The notes under the pieces: generated by a model
What the model was told of the DNA's origin: nothing
Databases searched by the model: none
What the model saw: only the letters and a program-made list of their open reading frames with translations
Part shown: in pieces, positions 18,634 to 26,891 of the stretch
Layout of the letters: every line of letters begins with the position of its first letter
Numbering within the stretch: the stretch's first letter is position 1
Program-made: the position numbers and the translations under genes
Assembly: GCA_035689115.1 (NCBI GenBank)
Contig: DASSMA010000058.1
Coordinates: forward strand, 2,573 to 66,572
Length of the DNA stretch: 64,000 bases
Direction of reading: 5' to 3'
Source of the DNA: Acidimicrobiales bacterium
GTDB taxonomy: Bacteria > Actinomycetota > Acidimicrobiia > Acidimicrobiales > GCA-2861595

Positions 18634-19214
18634 CCGCTGCCGCGCTGCGCAGCGCCCACGTGGTCTCGGTGGTCGACGCCCTGACGACCCTCGACGGCGA
18701 CGTCGACAAGCTGCGGCGGTGGGGCACCGACCTGGCCGCCCGCCTGCTGGCCGGCCGGCGCCTGCTGGCGGCCGGCAACGGCGGCAGCGCCGCCCAGGCC
18801 CAGCACCTCACCAGCGAGCTGGTGGGCCGGTACTGCCGCGACCGGCAGCCGTTCAGCGCCATCTCGCTGCACGCCGACTCGTCGAGCGTCACCGCCATTG
18901 CCAACGACTACGGCGCCGGCGAGGTCTTCGCCCGCCAGGTCCGGGCCCACGGCCGGCCGGGCGACGTGCTCGTGGCCTTTTCCACCTCCGGTCGCAGCGC
19001 CAACGTGGTCGCCGCCGCCGAGGCGGCCGTCGAGGCCCGGCTCACCGTGTGGTCGCTCACCGGGCCCGCCCCCAACCCGCTGGCCGCCTGCTCCGACGAC
19101 GCCCTGAGCGTCGACGCCCCGGCGACCGCAACCGTCCAGGAGGTCCATCTGGTGGCAGTCCACCTGCTGTGCGAATTCGTCGACGAAGTCCTCGGCTGCG
19201 GGGTCGACAAGTGA
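18630..19214 (+). CDS. gmhA: phosphoheptose isomerase (SIS domain)
   Basis: ATGA overlap with the upstream gene. Motifs: LLAAGNGGSAAQAQHLTSEL, VLVAFSTSGRSANV. Confidence 0.85.
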   Translation: MTAAALRSAHVVSVVDALTTLDGDVDKLRRWGTDLAARLLAGRRLLAAGNGGSAAQAQHLTSELVGRYCRDRQPFSAISLHADSSSVTAIANDYGAGEVFARQVRAHGRPGDVLVAFSTSGRSANVVAAAEAAVEARLTVWSLTGPAPNPLAACSDDALSVDAPATATVQEVHLVAVHLLCEFVDEVLGCGVDK

Positions 19215-20587
19215 CCGGGCGCCTCACCGTGGCCGGCGACGTGCTGGTCGACCGCGACGTGGTGGGAGGGGTGCGGCGGGTGGCGCCCGACGCACCGGTG
19301 CCCGTGGTCGACGTGGCCTCCCGCACCACCCGGCCTGGCGGCGCCGGCCTGGCCGCCCTGCTGGCCGCCGCCGACGGCCGGCCCGTCACCCTCGTCACCG
19401 CCCTCGGGAGCGACGCCGCCGGCGCCGAGGTGGCCGCCCTCCTGGAGGACGCCGGGGTCGACGTGGTGGACCTGGGCCTGGCCGGGCCGACGCCGGAGAA
19501 GGTGCGGGCCGGGACCCCCGGCCATCCGATGCTGCGCCTCGACTACGGCGGGCCGCCGTCGCCGGTCGGGCCCCTCACCCCCGCCGCCCGGCGGGCCCTC
19601 GGCGGTGCCGCCGCCGTGCTGGTGGCCGACTACGGGCGCGGCGTGGCCGCCCATCCCGAGGTGCGCGCCGCCCTGGCGGCGCTGCCCGCCCGCCGGCCCG
19701 TGGTGTGGGACCCGCACCCGCGGGGACCGGCGCCGGTGGCCGGGGCCCGGCTGGCCACGCCCAACCGCGAGGAGGCCGGCGTGCCGCCCGGCGCCGGCCT
19801 GGCCGCCGTCACCGCCCGGGCCCGGGCCCTGGCCGAGCAGTGGTCGGCCGTGGGCGTGGCCGTCACCCTCGGGTCCCGCGGCGCGGTGCTGGTGGAGGGC
19901 GACGGGCCGCCCCTGGCCGTGCCCGCCCGGCCGGCGGCCGGCGACCCCTGCGGCGCCGGCGACCGCTTCGCCTCCCGCGCCGCCGGCCTGCTCGCCGACG
20001 GTGCCCTCCCCTCCGAGGCCGTCACCGGAGCGGTCGCCGCCGCCGCCGCCTTCGTGGCCTCCGGCGGCGCCGGCGGCGCCCTCCCGTCCGATCCACCCGC
20101 ACCCCGAGCCGGCGGGGACGGAGGCGTCGTCGACGCCCTCGCCCTCGTGGACGGGGTGCGGGCGGCCGGCGGCACGGTGGTGGCGGCCGGCGGGTGCTTC
20201 GACCTGCTCCACGCCGGCCACGTCGGCCTCCTGGAGGCGGCCCGGCGCCTGGGCGACTGCCTGGTGGTGTGCCTCAACTCCGACGACTCGGTGCGCCGGC
20301 TGAAGGGACCGGGCCGGCCCGTGCAGTCCGCCGCCGACCGGGCCCGGGTGGTGCTCGCCCTCGGCTGCGTCGACGCCGTCGCCGTGTTCGACGAGGACAC
20401 GCCCGAGGCGGTGCTGGCCCGGCTGCGGCCCCACGTGTTCGCCAAGGGCGGCGACTACGCCGGCGGCCGGCTCCCCGAGGCGGCGCTCCTGGCCGGCTGG
20501 GGCGGCCAGGCGGCCGTCCTGCCCTACCTGGAGGGCCGCTCCACCACCCGCCTGATCGAGGAGGCCAACGCCCATGCCCGCGGCTGA
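19211..20587 (+). CDS. hldE: bifunctional D-beta-D-heptose 7-phosphate kinase / heptose 1-phosphate adenylyltransferase
   Basis: GTGA overlap with the upstream gene. It has an N-terminal ribokinase-like domain (GDPCGAGDRF) and a C-terminal cytidylyltransferase domain (GCFDLLHAGHVGLLEAARRLGDCLVVCLNSD). Confidence 0.9.
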   Translation: MTGRLTVAGDVLVDRDVVGGVRRVAPDAPVPVVDVASRTTRPGGAGLAALLAAADGRPVTLVTALGSDAAGAEVAALLEDAGVDVVDLGLAGPTPEKVRAGTPGHPMLRLDYGGPPSPVGPLTPAARRALGGAAAVLVADYGRGVAAHPEVRAALAALPARRPVVWDPHPRGPAPVAGARLATPNREEAGVPPGAGLAAVTARARALAEQWSAVGVAVTLGSRGAVLVEGDGPPLAVPARPAAGDPCGAGDRFASRAAGLLADGALPSEAVTGAVAAAAAFVASGGAGGALPSDPPAPRAGGDGGVVDALALVDGVRAAGGTVVAAGGCFDLLHAGHVGLLEAARRLGDCLVVCLNSDDSVRRLKGPGRPVQSAADRARVVLALGCVDAVAVFDEDTPEAVLARLRPHVFAKGGDYAGGRLPEAALLAGWGGQAAVLPYLEGRSTTRLIEEANAHARG

Positions 20588-21269
20588 TCCCGGAACCGTG
20601 CTCGTCACCGGCGGCGCCTCCGGGCTCGGGGCGGCGGTCGTCCGCGCCGTCGTCGAGGCCGGCGGCCGGCCGCTGGTCGTCGACCTCCGCCCGCCCCAGG
20701 CCGCCGCCATCGACCACGAGCTGGCCGACCTGGGCGACGGCCGGGCGGCCGAGGCGGCGGTCCGGGCCCTCGCCGACCGGGCCGGCGGGCTCGACGCGGT
20801 GGTGACGGCGGCCGGCACCGACTCCTGCGGGCGCCTGGCCGAGGTGGACGCCGAGGCGTGGGAGCGCGTCGTCCGGGTGAACCTGCTCGGCACGGCCGCC
20901 GTGGTCCGGGCCGCCCTCCCGTTCCTTGAGACGTCGTCCGGGCGCATCGTCACGGTGGCCTCCACGCTCGGCCTCAAGCCCCTGTCCGACGCCAGCGCCT
21001 ACGCGGCGGGCAAGTTCGGCGTGGTGGGCTTCACCCGGGCCCTGATGCTCGAGCTGGGCGGCCGGGTGGGCGTCACCCTCCTCGTGCCCGGCGGGATGGA
21101 CACCGCCTTCTTCGACGGCCGCGACCCGAAGTACCGGCCCCCGGCCGACGCCAAGCTGAGCCGCCCCGAGGACGTGGCCGCCGCCGTGCTCTTCGCCCTG
21201 TGCCAACCGCCTGGCTGCGAGGTGCGCGAGCTGGTCGTCACGCCGTCGACGGAGCCCTCCTGGCCGTAG
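20574..21269 (+). CDS. classical short-chain dehydrogenase/reductase (SDR)
   Basis: VLVTGGASGLGAA Rossmann motif and YAAGKFG catalytic YxxxK. It overlaps hldE by 14 nt. Confidence 0.85.
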   Translation: MPAADPGTVLVTGGASGLGAAVVRAVVEAGGRPLVVDLRPPQAAAIDHELADLGDGRAAEAAVRALADRAGGLDAVVTAAGTDSCGRLAEVDAEAWERVVRVNLLGTAAVVRAALPFLETSSGRIVTVASTLGLKPLSDASAYAAGKFGVVGFTRALMLELGGRVGVTLLVPGGMDTAFFDGRDPKYRPPADAKLSRPEDVAAAVLFALCQPPGCEVRELVVTPSTEPSWP

Positions 21270-21273
21270 GTCA

Positions 21274-22257
21274 GTGGTGCGCCGGCAGCCCGTCCTCGTC
21301 GTCCTCCGGGCCCTCGGGCTCGGCGACCTGTGCACGGCCGTCCCCGCCCTGCGCGCCCTCGCCGACGCCTATCCCCGCCATCGCCGGGTGCTCCTCACCA
21401 CCGCCGGCGTCGCCCCCCTCGCCGCCGCCGCCGGCCTGGCCGACGAGGTCGTCACGACCGAGGACCCCCGATCCCGAGTACATAGCGTGCGGAAACCGCA
21501 CGCTATGTACTCGGGGTCGGTGGACGTGGCGGTGAACCTCCACGGCAAGGGCCCGGAGAGCCACCGGGCCCTGCTGGCGGCGGGGCCCCGCCGGCTCATC
21601 GCCTTCGGCACCGCCGGCGTGCCGGGGCCGGCGTGGCGCGCGGACGAGCACGAGGTGCACCGCTGGTGCCGGCTGCTGCGGGAGTCCGGCGTCCCCGCCG
21701 ATCCCGGCCGCCTCGACCTGGACCTGCCGGCGGCGCCCGTTCCGGACGGCGTGGCCGGCTCCACGGTGGTCCACCCCGGTGCCGCCTACCCGGCCAGGCG
21801 CTGGCCGGCGGCCCGGTGGGCGGCCGTGGCCCGGGCCGAGGCGTCCGCCGGGCGCGCCGTCGTCGTCACCGGCGGCGCCTCCGAGGCGGGCCTGGCCCGA
21901 GGCGTCGCCGCCGCCGCCGGCCTGCCGTCGTCCGCCGTCCTGGCCGGCGCCACAGGGGTGGTCGAGCTGGCGGCCGTGGTCGGCGCCGCCGGCCGGGTGG
22001 TGTGCGGCGACACCGGCGTCGCCCACCTGGCCACCGCCCTGCGCCGGCCGTCGGTCGTGCTGTTCGGTCCCGTCCCGCCCTCCTTGTGGGGACCGCCGCC
22101 CGACCGGCCGTGGCACACCGCACTGTGGGCCGGGCGCACCGGCGACCCCTGGGCGGCCAGTGTCGATGGGGGCCTGCTGGAGATCGGCGTCGACGACGTG
22201 CTGGCCGCCCTCGACGGCCTGCCCGCCGCCGAGCCGGTCGCGGCCGCGCCGGCATGA
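21274..22257 (+). CDS. second GT9 glycosyltransferase, carrying an in-frame palindromic insert
   Basis: Motifs: LVVLRALGLGDLCTAVPALRAL, DVAVNLHGKGPESH, VVHPGAAYPARRW, VVCGDTGVAHLATALRRPSVVLFGP. Residues PRSRVHSVRKPHAMYSGS are encoded by repeat A1. Confidence 0.8.
   Translation: MVRRQPVLVVLRALGLGDLCTAVPALRALADAYPRHRRVLLTTAGVAPLAAAAGLADEVVTTEDPRSRVHSVRKPHAMYSGSVDVAVNLHGKGPESHRALLAAGPRRLIAFGTAGVPGPAWRADEHEVHRWCRLLRESGVPADPGRLDLDLPAAPVPDGVAGSTVVHPGAAYPARRWPAARWAAVARAEASAGRAVVVTGGASEAGLARGVAAAAGLPSSAVLAGATGVVELAAVVGAAGRVVCGDTGVAHLATALRRPSVVLFGPVPPSLWGPPPDRPWHTALWAGRTGDPWAASVDGGLLEIGVDDVLAALDGLPAAEPVAAAPA
21468..21520. repeat. palindromic element, family A, copy 1 (inside the GT9 CDS)
   Basis: ccgatcccgagtacatagcgtgcgg-aaa-ccgcacgctatgtactcggggtcgg. 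It has 25 nt arms with one T:G position and a 3 nt loop. Confidence 0.9.
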
Positions 22258-22568
22258 CCGGGCCCTGGCGGTTCCCGTTCACCGTCATCGACGAGGCGGT
22301 GCACATCCTCGACTCGCTCGCCGAGCCGTGGGGGATCGAGATCGAGCTCGACCTGCCGGGGCCCGCCGGCTGCCCGCCCGCCGCACCGACCGCACCTGGA
22401 CCTGGGAGGTGGCGCCGGCGCGTGAGCTTAGGGGCGGAGGTGGTGGAGATGGACGGGCACCACAACGCCTGGATGGTGCTGCCCGGCGACTGGGCGGGCG
22501 CCCTGGACGAGGCCATCGGCCGGGTCCTGCGCTCGAACGCCACGGCCGGCGCCTTCCCGGGTCGCTAG
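22254..22568 (+). CDS. hypothetical protein, translationally coupled to GT9
   Basis: ATGA overlap with the upstream gene. Third-position GC is very high at both ends of the 104-codon ORF. I recognise no domain. Confidence 0.45.
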   Translation: MTGPWRFPFTVIDEAVHILDSLAEPWGIEIELDLPGPAGCPPAAPTAPGPGRWRRRVSLGAEVVEMDGHHNAWMVLPGDWAGALDEAIGRVLRSNATAGAFPGR

Positions 22569-22575
22569 ATCTGCG

Positions 22576-23220
22576 CTACCGGCAGTCGACGCAGAGGTCG
22601 GAGCCGGCCACGAACTGCGTGGGGGCCTTGTGCATCCGGCACGAGGGGCACAGCCGGGTGGCGGCCTCCGGCTTGCGCTTGGGCGGCGCCGCCGTCCTGG
22701 GCTTCTGCACCCGCGGCGGGCGGACGGCGGCGGCCCGCTTGGCGCCACCGGCCGGCGGCCGGGACGACGGCGAGGGCGGGGGCGGGGCGGCCGGAGGCGG
22801 GAAGGGCGGGCTCTCGAGGAGCAGGTCGGCCTCGAGGAAGGCGTCCTCCACCTCGGGCGGGACGTCGCCGTACCAATTGCCGGTCTCGAACCGGGTCGGG
22901 ATGCGGCCCTCGGTGCGCACGTAGTGCAGCGGCCGGGCGCCGCCCGACAGCTTGTAGCCCACGACCCAGCGCCGGCCGGGCGTCCAGCGGACCAGGTACA
23001 GCTCGGGGTCGCGCCACACGCCGGCGGCCACACCGGTGGGCCCGTGGGCGGCGGCGCTCACGGGCGGCACCTCCTGGAGGAGCCCGAGCGTGCGCAGCAC
23101 GGTGCCGCCGGGGTCGCCCCTGGAAGGTTCCGCCAGGCGGACCTGCCGCCCCTCCACGTCGATGGCCAGTCCGTGCTCGCTGCGCAGCGCCTCGAGCGCG
23201 TCGGCCATCGCGTCGTCCAT
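22576..23220 (-). CDS. hypothetical protein with a Pro-rich linker and a C-terminal CxxC...CxxC zinc ribbon
   Basis: ATG at 23220 (MDDAMADALEALR...). The C-terminus is CPSCRMHKAPTQFVAGSDLCVDCR. Confidence 0.5.
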   Translation of the reverse strand: MDDAMADALEALRSEHGLAIDVEGRQVRLAEPSRGDPGGTVLRTLGLLQEVPPVSAAAHGPTGVAAGVWRDPELYLVRWTPGRRWVVGYKLSGGARPLHYVRTEGRIPTRFETGNWYGDVPPEVEDAFLEADLLLESPPFPPPAAPPPPSPSSRPPAGGAKRAAAVRPPRVQKPRTAAPPKRKPEAATRLCPSCRMHKAPTQFVAGSDLCVDCR

Positions 23221-23266
23221 GTGCTCATGTTGCCCGCGGACGGCCTGCGGCGACGAAGCGGGGCCG

Positions 23267-24391
23267 TCAGCCGGCATCCCGGAGGGCCGCCTGCACCTCC
23301 ATCCGGACCCGTAGATCGGGGTCGCCGGCCAGCGCCTCGACCGCCTCCCGGCTGGCTCCGGCACCGAGGACGGACAGGCCGCGGACGGCCTTCCACCGTA
23401 CCCACGCGTCGTTGTCGCCCAGGGCCCGCTCCAGGGCGCGGCGTAGCGCCGGCCGGCCGGCGCCGGCCATGGCGTCGACCGCCGCCCGGCGGACGCTGCG
23501 CCGGGGATCGGCCGCCAGCGCCTCCCAGGCCGGGTGGGCGGCCTCGGGCGGGGCGCCGTCGAGGAGGCCGGCCGCCACCCGGCGCTCGGCGGCGTCATCC
23601 CCGTCGGCGGCGGCGAGGAGCATGGCCAGGTCGGCCGGGTCGTCCGCCCGCAGGGCGCCGAGCCGCCGCCACGCCCGCTCCAGCGACGCGTCGCGCGACG
23701 CCGGTGCCGCCGCACCGGGAACGCCGCCGGCGCCGGCCACCGCCGGGTCGCCGCCGCCGGCGAAGCCGTCCTCCACCGCCGCCAGGACAGGCGCCAGCAG
23801 CCCCTCCCACGCACCCGGCCGGCGGAGGGTGACGGAGACGAAGTCGCGGGCGACGAGCACGTTGTCCACCTCGGGGAAGGCCTCGAACAGCGCCGCCACC
23901 CGCCCGTCGGCCGCCGCCTCCGCCGCCGAGCGGTAGGACACGCTCTCGCCGTCGTGCAGGTGCCCCGTGCGGAACGTCATGGTCCGGGGGTTGGGCGTGG
24001 CCTCGGGGGCCACCGGGTGGCCGGCCGCCGGCGCCGCCCCGTCCGCCGCGACGGCCAGGCGGAACCGGCCGTGCTCCCACCCGAAGACGAGGGTGAGGCC
24101 GCCGTCCAGCGGCTCCGACCACCATCCCTCGCCCGGCCCCACCGCCCTGGCCAGCTCGTCGTCGTCGGCCGGACCCCAGTCGGCGGTGGAGAAGTACCGC
24201 TTCAGCAGGGCCTTGGTGGGCCCCAGGGCCTCGAACGGCAGCGACCCGAGGGCCCGCCGGGTGAGCGCGGCGATGGCCGGCGCAACCAGCCCCCGCTCGA
24301 CGACCGCCCGGCGCCCGTCGGCCACGGTCAGGGACCGGCGGCCGGTGGCCCAGACCCCGGCCGCAGGCCGCACGCCGGCCCCAGCCGGCAC
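23267..24391 (-). CDS. CvfC/YpgR-like protein: Nfu_N (NifU N-terminal) domain plus HEAT repeats
   Basis: Nfu_N hallmark: EATPNPRTMTFRTG...FPEVDNVLVARDFVSVTL. C-terminal HEAT-like repeats: DPRRSVRRAAVDAM, DNDAWVRWKAVRGL, DPDLRVRMEVQAAL. An alternative GTG start at 24325 lies 2 nt after the upstream stop. Confidence 0.7.
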   Translation of the reverse strand: MPAGAGVRPAAGVWATGRRSLTVADGRRAVVERGLVAPAIAALTRRALGSLPFEALGPTKALLKRYFSTADWGPADDDELARAVGPGEGWWSEPLDGGLTLVFGWEHGRFRLAVAADGAAPAAGHPVAPEATPNPRTMTFRTGHLHDGESVSYRSAAEAAADGRVAALFEAFPEVDNVLVARDFVSVTLRRPGAWEGLLAPVLAAVEDGFAGGGDPAVAGAGGVPGAAAPASRDASLERAWRRLGALRADDPADLAMLLAAADGDDAAERRVAAGLLDGAPPEAAHPAWEALAADPRRSVRRAAVDAMAGAGRPALRRALERALGDNDAWVRWKAVRGLSVLGAGASREAVEALAGDPDLRVRMEVQAALRDAG

Positions 24392-24690
24392 AGACGGGGG
24401 GCGGCCTGGGCGAGCAGCTCGAGCCCGAAGCGGCGCATCTGACCGGCGTCGCGGGACCGCTCGTCGCCGGCCTCGGCCAGCACCTCGGCCATGGCGAACA
24501 AGGAGCCGCCGCTCTCGAGCATGTGGTCGGTGGTGGCCAGCATCACCGCCTTGACGTCGGACCAGGCCACCGCGGCGTCGCCGTCCTCGCTGCGGTAGTA
24601 GATGCCGTCGGCGTCGATGGCGGTGACGTCGACGGTGAGCATCCGGTCGTCGCGGAAGGTGATCCCGGCGGTGAAGTCGACGTTCCCCAC
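24328..24690 (-). CDS. hypothetical small protein
   Basis: GTG at 24690. Sequence: VGNVDFTAGITFRDDRMLTVDVTAIDADGIYYRSEDGDAAVAWSDVKAVML... It is tightly packed between the lipoprotein gene and the CvfC-like gene. Confidence 0.35.
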   Translation of the reverse strand: MGNVDFTAGITFRDDRMLTVDVTAIDADGIYYRSEDGDAAVAWSDVKAVMLATTDHMLESGGSLFAMAEVLAEAGDERSRDAGQMRRFGLELLAQAAPRLCRLGPACGLRPGSGPPAAGP

Positions 24691-24701
24691 GCCGGGGAAG
24701 A

Positions 24702-25292
24702 CTACGAGCAGCCGTCGCTGTAGCCGACCTCCGGCTGCCGGCCGGCCCGCAGGGCGGTGACCCGCCGGCCGTCGGTCTCGGCCACCAGCCGGAAGCCGGC
24801 GTCGGCGCCGGCCGGCACCAGGGTGAGCTCGTGGCCGCCGATCAGGAAGTCGTTGGGCGTGACCTTGAGCTTCCCGCCGTAGCGGCGCTGGGCCTCGGCC
24901 TCCGTCTGGCCGATGGCGAGACCCTCGGTGGTGGCCGTGGGGCCGCCGGTGACGACGACGCTGGCCACCGTCCCGCCGCTGACGAGGAACGACACGCCCT
25001 CCAGCCCGTCGGGCGGGGCGTAGAGGGCGCAGTCGCCGGACGGCGGGGCGACGGCCTGGAGCGGGCGGCCGAGGGCGGTCTGCGCCTGGGCCAGGGTCAT
25101 GCCGACCCGCACCGGCCCGAGGCCGTGGATGTCGAGGCGCAGGCCGGCGTCCGCCGCCGTGGCGGGAGGAGCCGTTGTGGTCGTGGCCACAGCGGCCGTG
25201 GTGGTGGAGCCGGGCGCGGCGGCCTGCTTGCCGCTGCTGCAACCGCCGGCCACGACCACGGCGGCGGCGGCGAGGCAGCGGCGGACCTTCAC
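24702..25292 (-). CDS. lipoprotein
   Basis: GTG at 25292 overlaps the upstream stop (GTGA). The signal peptide has the lipobox VKVRRCLAAAAVVVAGGCSSG, followed by a Thr-rich linker. Confidence 0.65.
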   Translation of the reverse strand: MKVRRCLAAAAVVVAGGCSSGKQAAAPGSTTTAAVATTTTAPPATAADAGLRLDIHGLGPVRVGMTLAQAQTALGRPLQAVAPPSGDCALYAPPDGLEGVSFLVSGGTVASVVVTGGPTATTEGLAIGQTEAEAQRRYGGKLKVTPNDFLIGGHELTLVPAGADAGFRLVAETDGRRVTALRAGRQPEVGYSDGCS

Positions 25293-26149
25293 GGGTTGCG
25301 GAGCATCGACCGCAGCTTCGGCCCCAGCCAGGGGCGGCGCCCCCACGCCAGCAGCTGGCCCCGGGCGATGGCGCTCCACTGGCTGCGCCGGGCCCACACG
25401 ACGTCGAGCATGGCCACCGGGTCGGCCGACACGTAGCAGTCGACCCGCCGGTCGGAGGGGTCCTCCACCGTGGCGGCGCCGTCGTCGAACACGAAGCGCC
25501 ACCGGCCGCCGCCCCGGAGCCGCACCTCGTAGGTGGCGCGCACGCCGGCCGCCGCCCGCTGGTCGACGAGCGCCCTGGGATCCATCGCCGCCATCGACGG
25601 CAGGAGGAAGCCCTGGTGCACCAGCACGGCGTGGGCCGGGGGGACCGGCCACGGCCGCCCGGCGGCCCTGGCCAGGTCGGCGCCGTGCATCACCATCTCG
25701 TTGAGCAGGTGGCAGGTGAGCATGGTGAGGTCGACGGTGCTGCCCTCGACCAGCCACGGCCGGGGCTCGTCGCCGGCGCAGCCGGCGCAGGCGGCGAAGA
25801 AGCCCTCGGCCCGCTCCTCGATGCGCCCGGCGAGGACGGCCGGGTCGCGCTCGGGATCGCTGCGCACGGCGCCGCCCGAGAAGTCGGCCAGGTCCCACAC
25901 GTCGGCCAGCGGGGCCTCGTCGCCGGTGCCCGAGCCGGCGACCGCCCGCAGCTCCGACAGGTCGCGCCGGGCCAGGCCGGGGACGGCGATCCATGCCTGC
26001 GACAGGTGCATGGCCAGGTCGCCGAAGTTCCAGTCGCCGAGGGCGGGGACGGTGGGATCGGGACGGGACCGGAGCAGGGCCGTGACCCGGCCGACCTCGT
26101 CGCGCAGTGCGGCCTGGGCGTCGGCCCACCCGACCCGCCACGCCGGCAC
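25289..26149 (-). CDS. DinB-like, mycothiol-dependent maleylpyruvate isomerase family protein
   Basis: GTG at 26149 lies 2 nt after the VOC stop. It has an N-terminal metal-binding DinB-like segment (WNFGDLAMHLSQ) and an SCP2-like C-terminal half. Confidence 0.7.
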   Translation of the reverse strand: MPAWRVGWADAQAALRDEVGRVTALLRSRPDPTVPALGDWNFGDLAMHLSQAWIAVPGLARRDLSELRAVAGSGTGDEAPLADVWDLADFSGGAVRSDPERDPAVLAGRIEERAEGFFAACAGCAGDEPRPWLVEGSTVDLTMLTCHLLNEMVMHGADLARAAGRPWPVPPAHAVLVHQGFLLPSMAAMDPRALVDQRAAAGVRATYEVRLRGGGRWRFVFDDGAATVEDPSDRRVDCYVSADPVAMLDVVWARRSQWSAIARGQLLAWGRRPWLGPKLRSMLRNP

Positions 26150-26151
26150 CG

Positions 26152-26517
26152 CTACGACGGTCGGGCCAGCACCAGGCCGACGCGGTTGCCGGCGGGGTCG
26201 TTGAACAGGGCGATGTTCGGGCCGCCCGGCATCACCTCGGTGGGCGGCATCAGGGTGGTGCCGCCGCCCGCCTCGACCGCCTCGAGCGCCTTGGCCAGGT
26301 CGTCGACCTGGATGTAGACGGTGACGAACGGCTTGCCGTCCATGGCCGGGCCGACGCCGCCGCCGATGCCGCCCTCGGCGGCCGGCACCAGGCCGTAGTT
26401 CATGGGGTTGGCGGCGTCGATCTCCCACCCGAAGGTGCCGGCGTAGAAGTCGACGAGGGCGGCGCCCTCCCCGCCCATGATCTCGAAGTGCACGACGGGA
26501 TTCGGCATGTCCGCCAC
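26152..26517 (-). CDS. VOC / glyoxalase-family protein
   Basis: Motifs: MPNPVVHFEIMGG...FYAGTFGWEI...FNDPAGNRVGLV. The start is probably the ATG at 26508; a GTG at 26517 is also in frame. Confidence 0.85.
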   Translation of the reverse strand: MADMPNPVVHFEIMGGEGAALVDFYAGTFGWEIDAANPMNYGLVPAAEGGIGGGVGPAMDGKPFVTVYIQVDDLAKALEAVEAGGGTTLMPPTEVMPGGPNIALFNDPAGNRVGLVLARPS

Positions 26518-26532
26518 GGTAGTTCGGACATG
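26506..26532. promoter_or_regulatory. 8 bp perfect inverted repeat between head-to-head start codons
   Basis: catgtccg-n11-cggacatg. The left arm contains the VOC ATG (26508), and the GlsB ATG is at 26538. Confidence 0.3.
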
Positions 26533-26537
26533 GGAGA

Positions 26538-26810
26538 ATGGGGGCGGTGATCGGGTTCATCGTTTTTGGCCTCGTCGTGGGTGCCCTCGCCCGGTGGATC
26601 GTGCCCGGCAAGCAGGAGCTGTCCGTCCTGATGACGCTGCTCCTCGGCGTGATCGGGTCGGTGGTGGGCGGCGTCATCGCCAACATCCTCGGCACCGGCG
26701 ACATCTTCGAGCTGAACGTCGTGGGCGGACTGGTTGCCATCGCCGCCTCCGTGGTGCTGATCGTGGTCGGCGAGCGCGTGGGTGCCGTCCGCCGGCGCCT
26801 GACCCGGTAG
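26538..26810 (+). CDS. GlsB/YeaQ/YmgE (transglycosylase-associated) stress membrane protein
   Basis: 90 aa. Motif: MGAVIGFIVFGLVVGALARWIVPGKQ..., with three Gly-rich TM helices. Confidence 0.85.
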   Translation: MGAVIGFIVFGLVVGALARWIVPGKQELSVLMTLLLGVIGSVVGGVIANILGTGDIFELNVVGGLVAIAASVVLIVVGERVGAVRRRLTR

Positions 26811-26891
26811 CGCCCCGAGGGGGGCTGGCCCCCGGCGCGCAGGGCGGGCTGCTCCCTTGTCGCCGCGGCGGGGACCGACGACGATCTCCGC

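Noticed and set aside
24328-24391. Possible frameshifted single gene (pseudogene) spanning ORFs 24328-24690 and 23267-24391, near a C6 run.
   Set aside because: A GTG at 24325, 2 nt after the upstream stop, gives a clean two-gene solution that fits the coupling style of the operon. Both frames have high GC3, so a frameshift cannot be shown from sequence alone.
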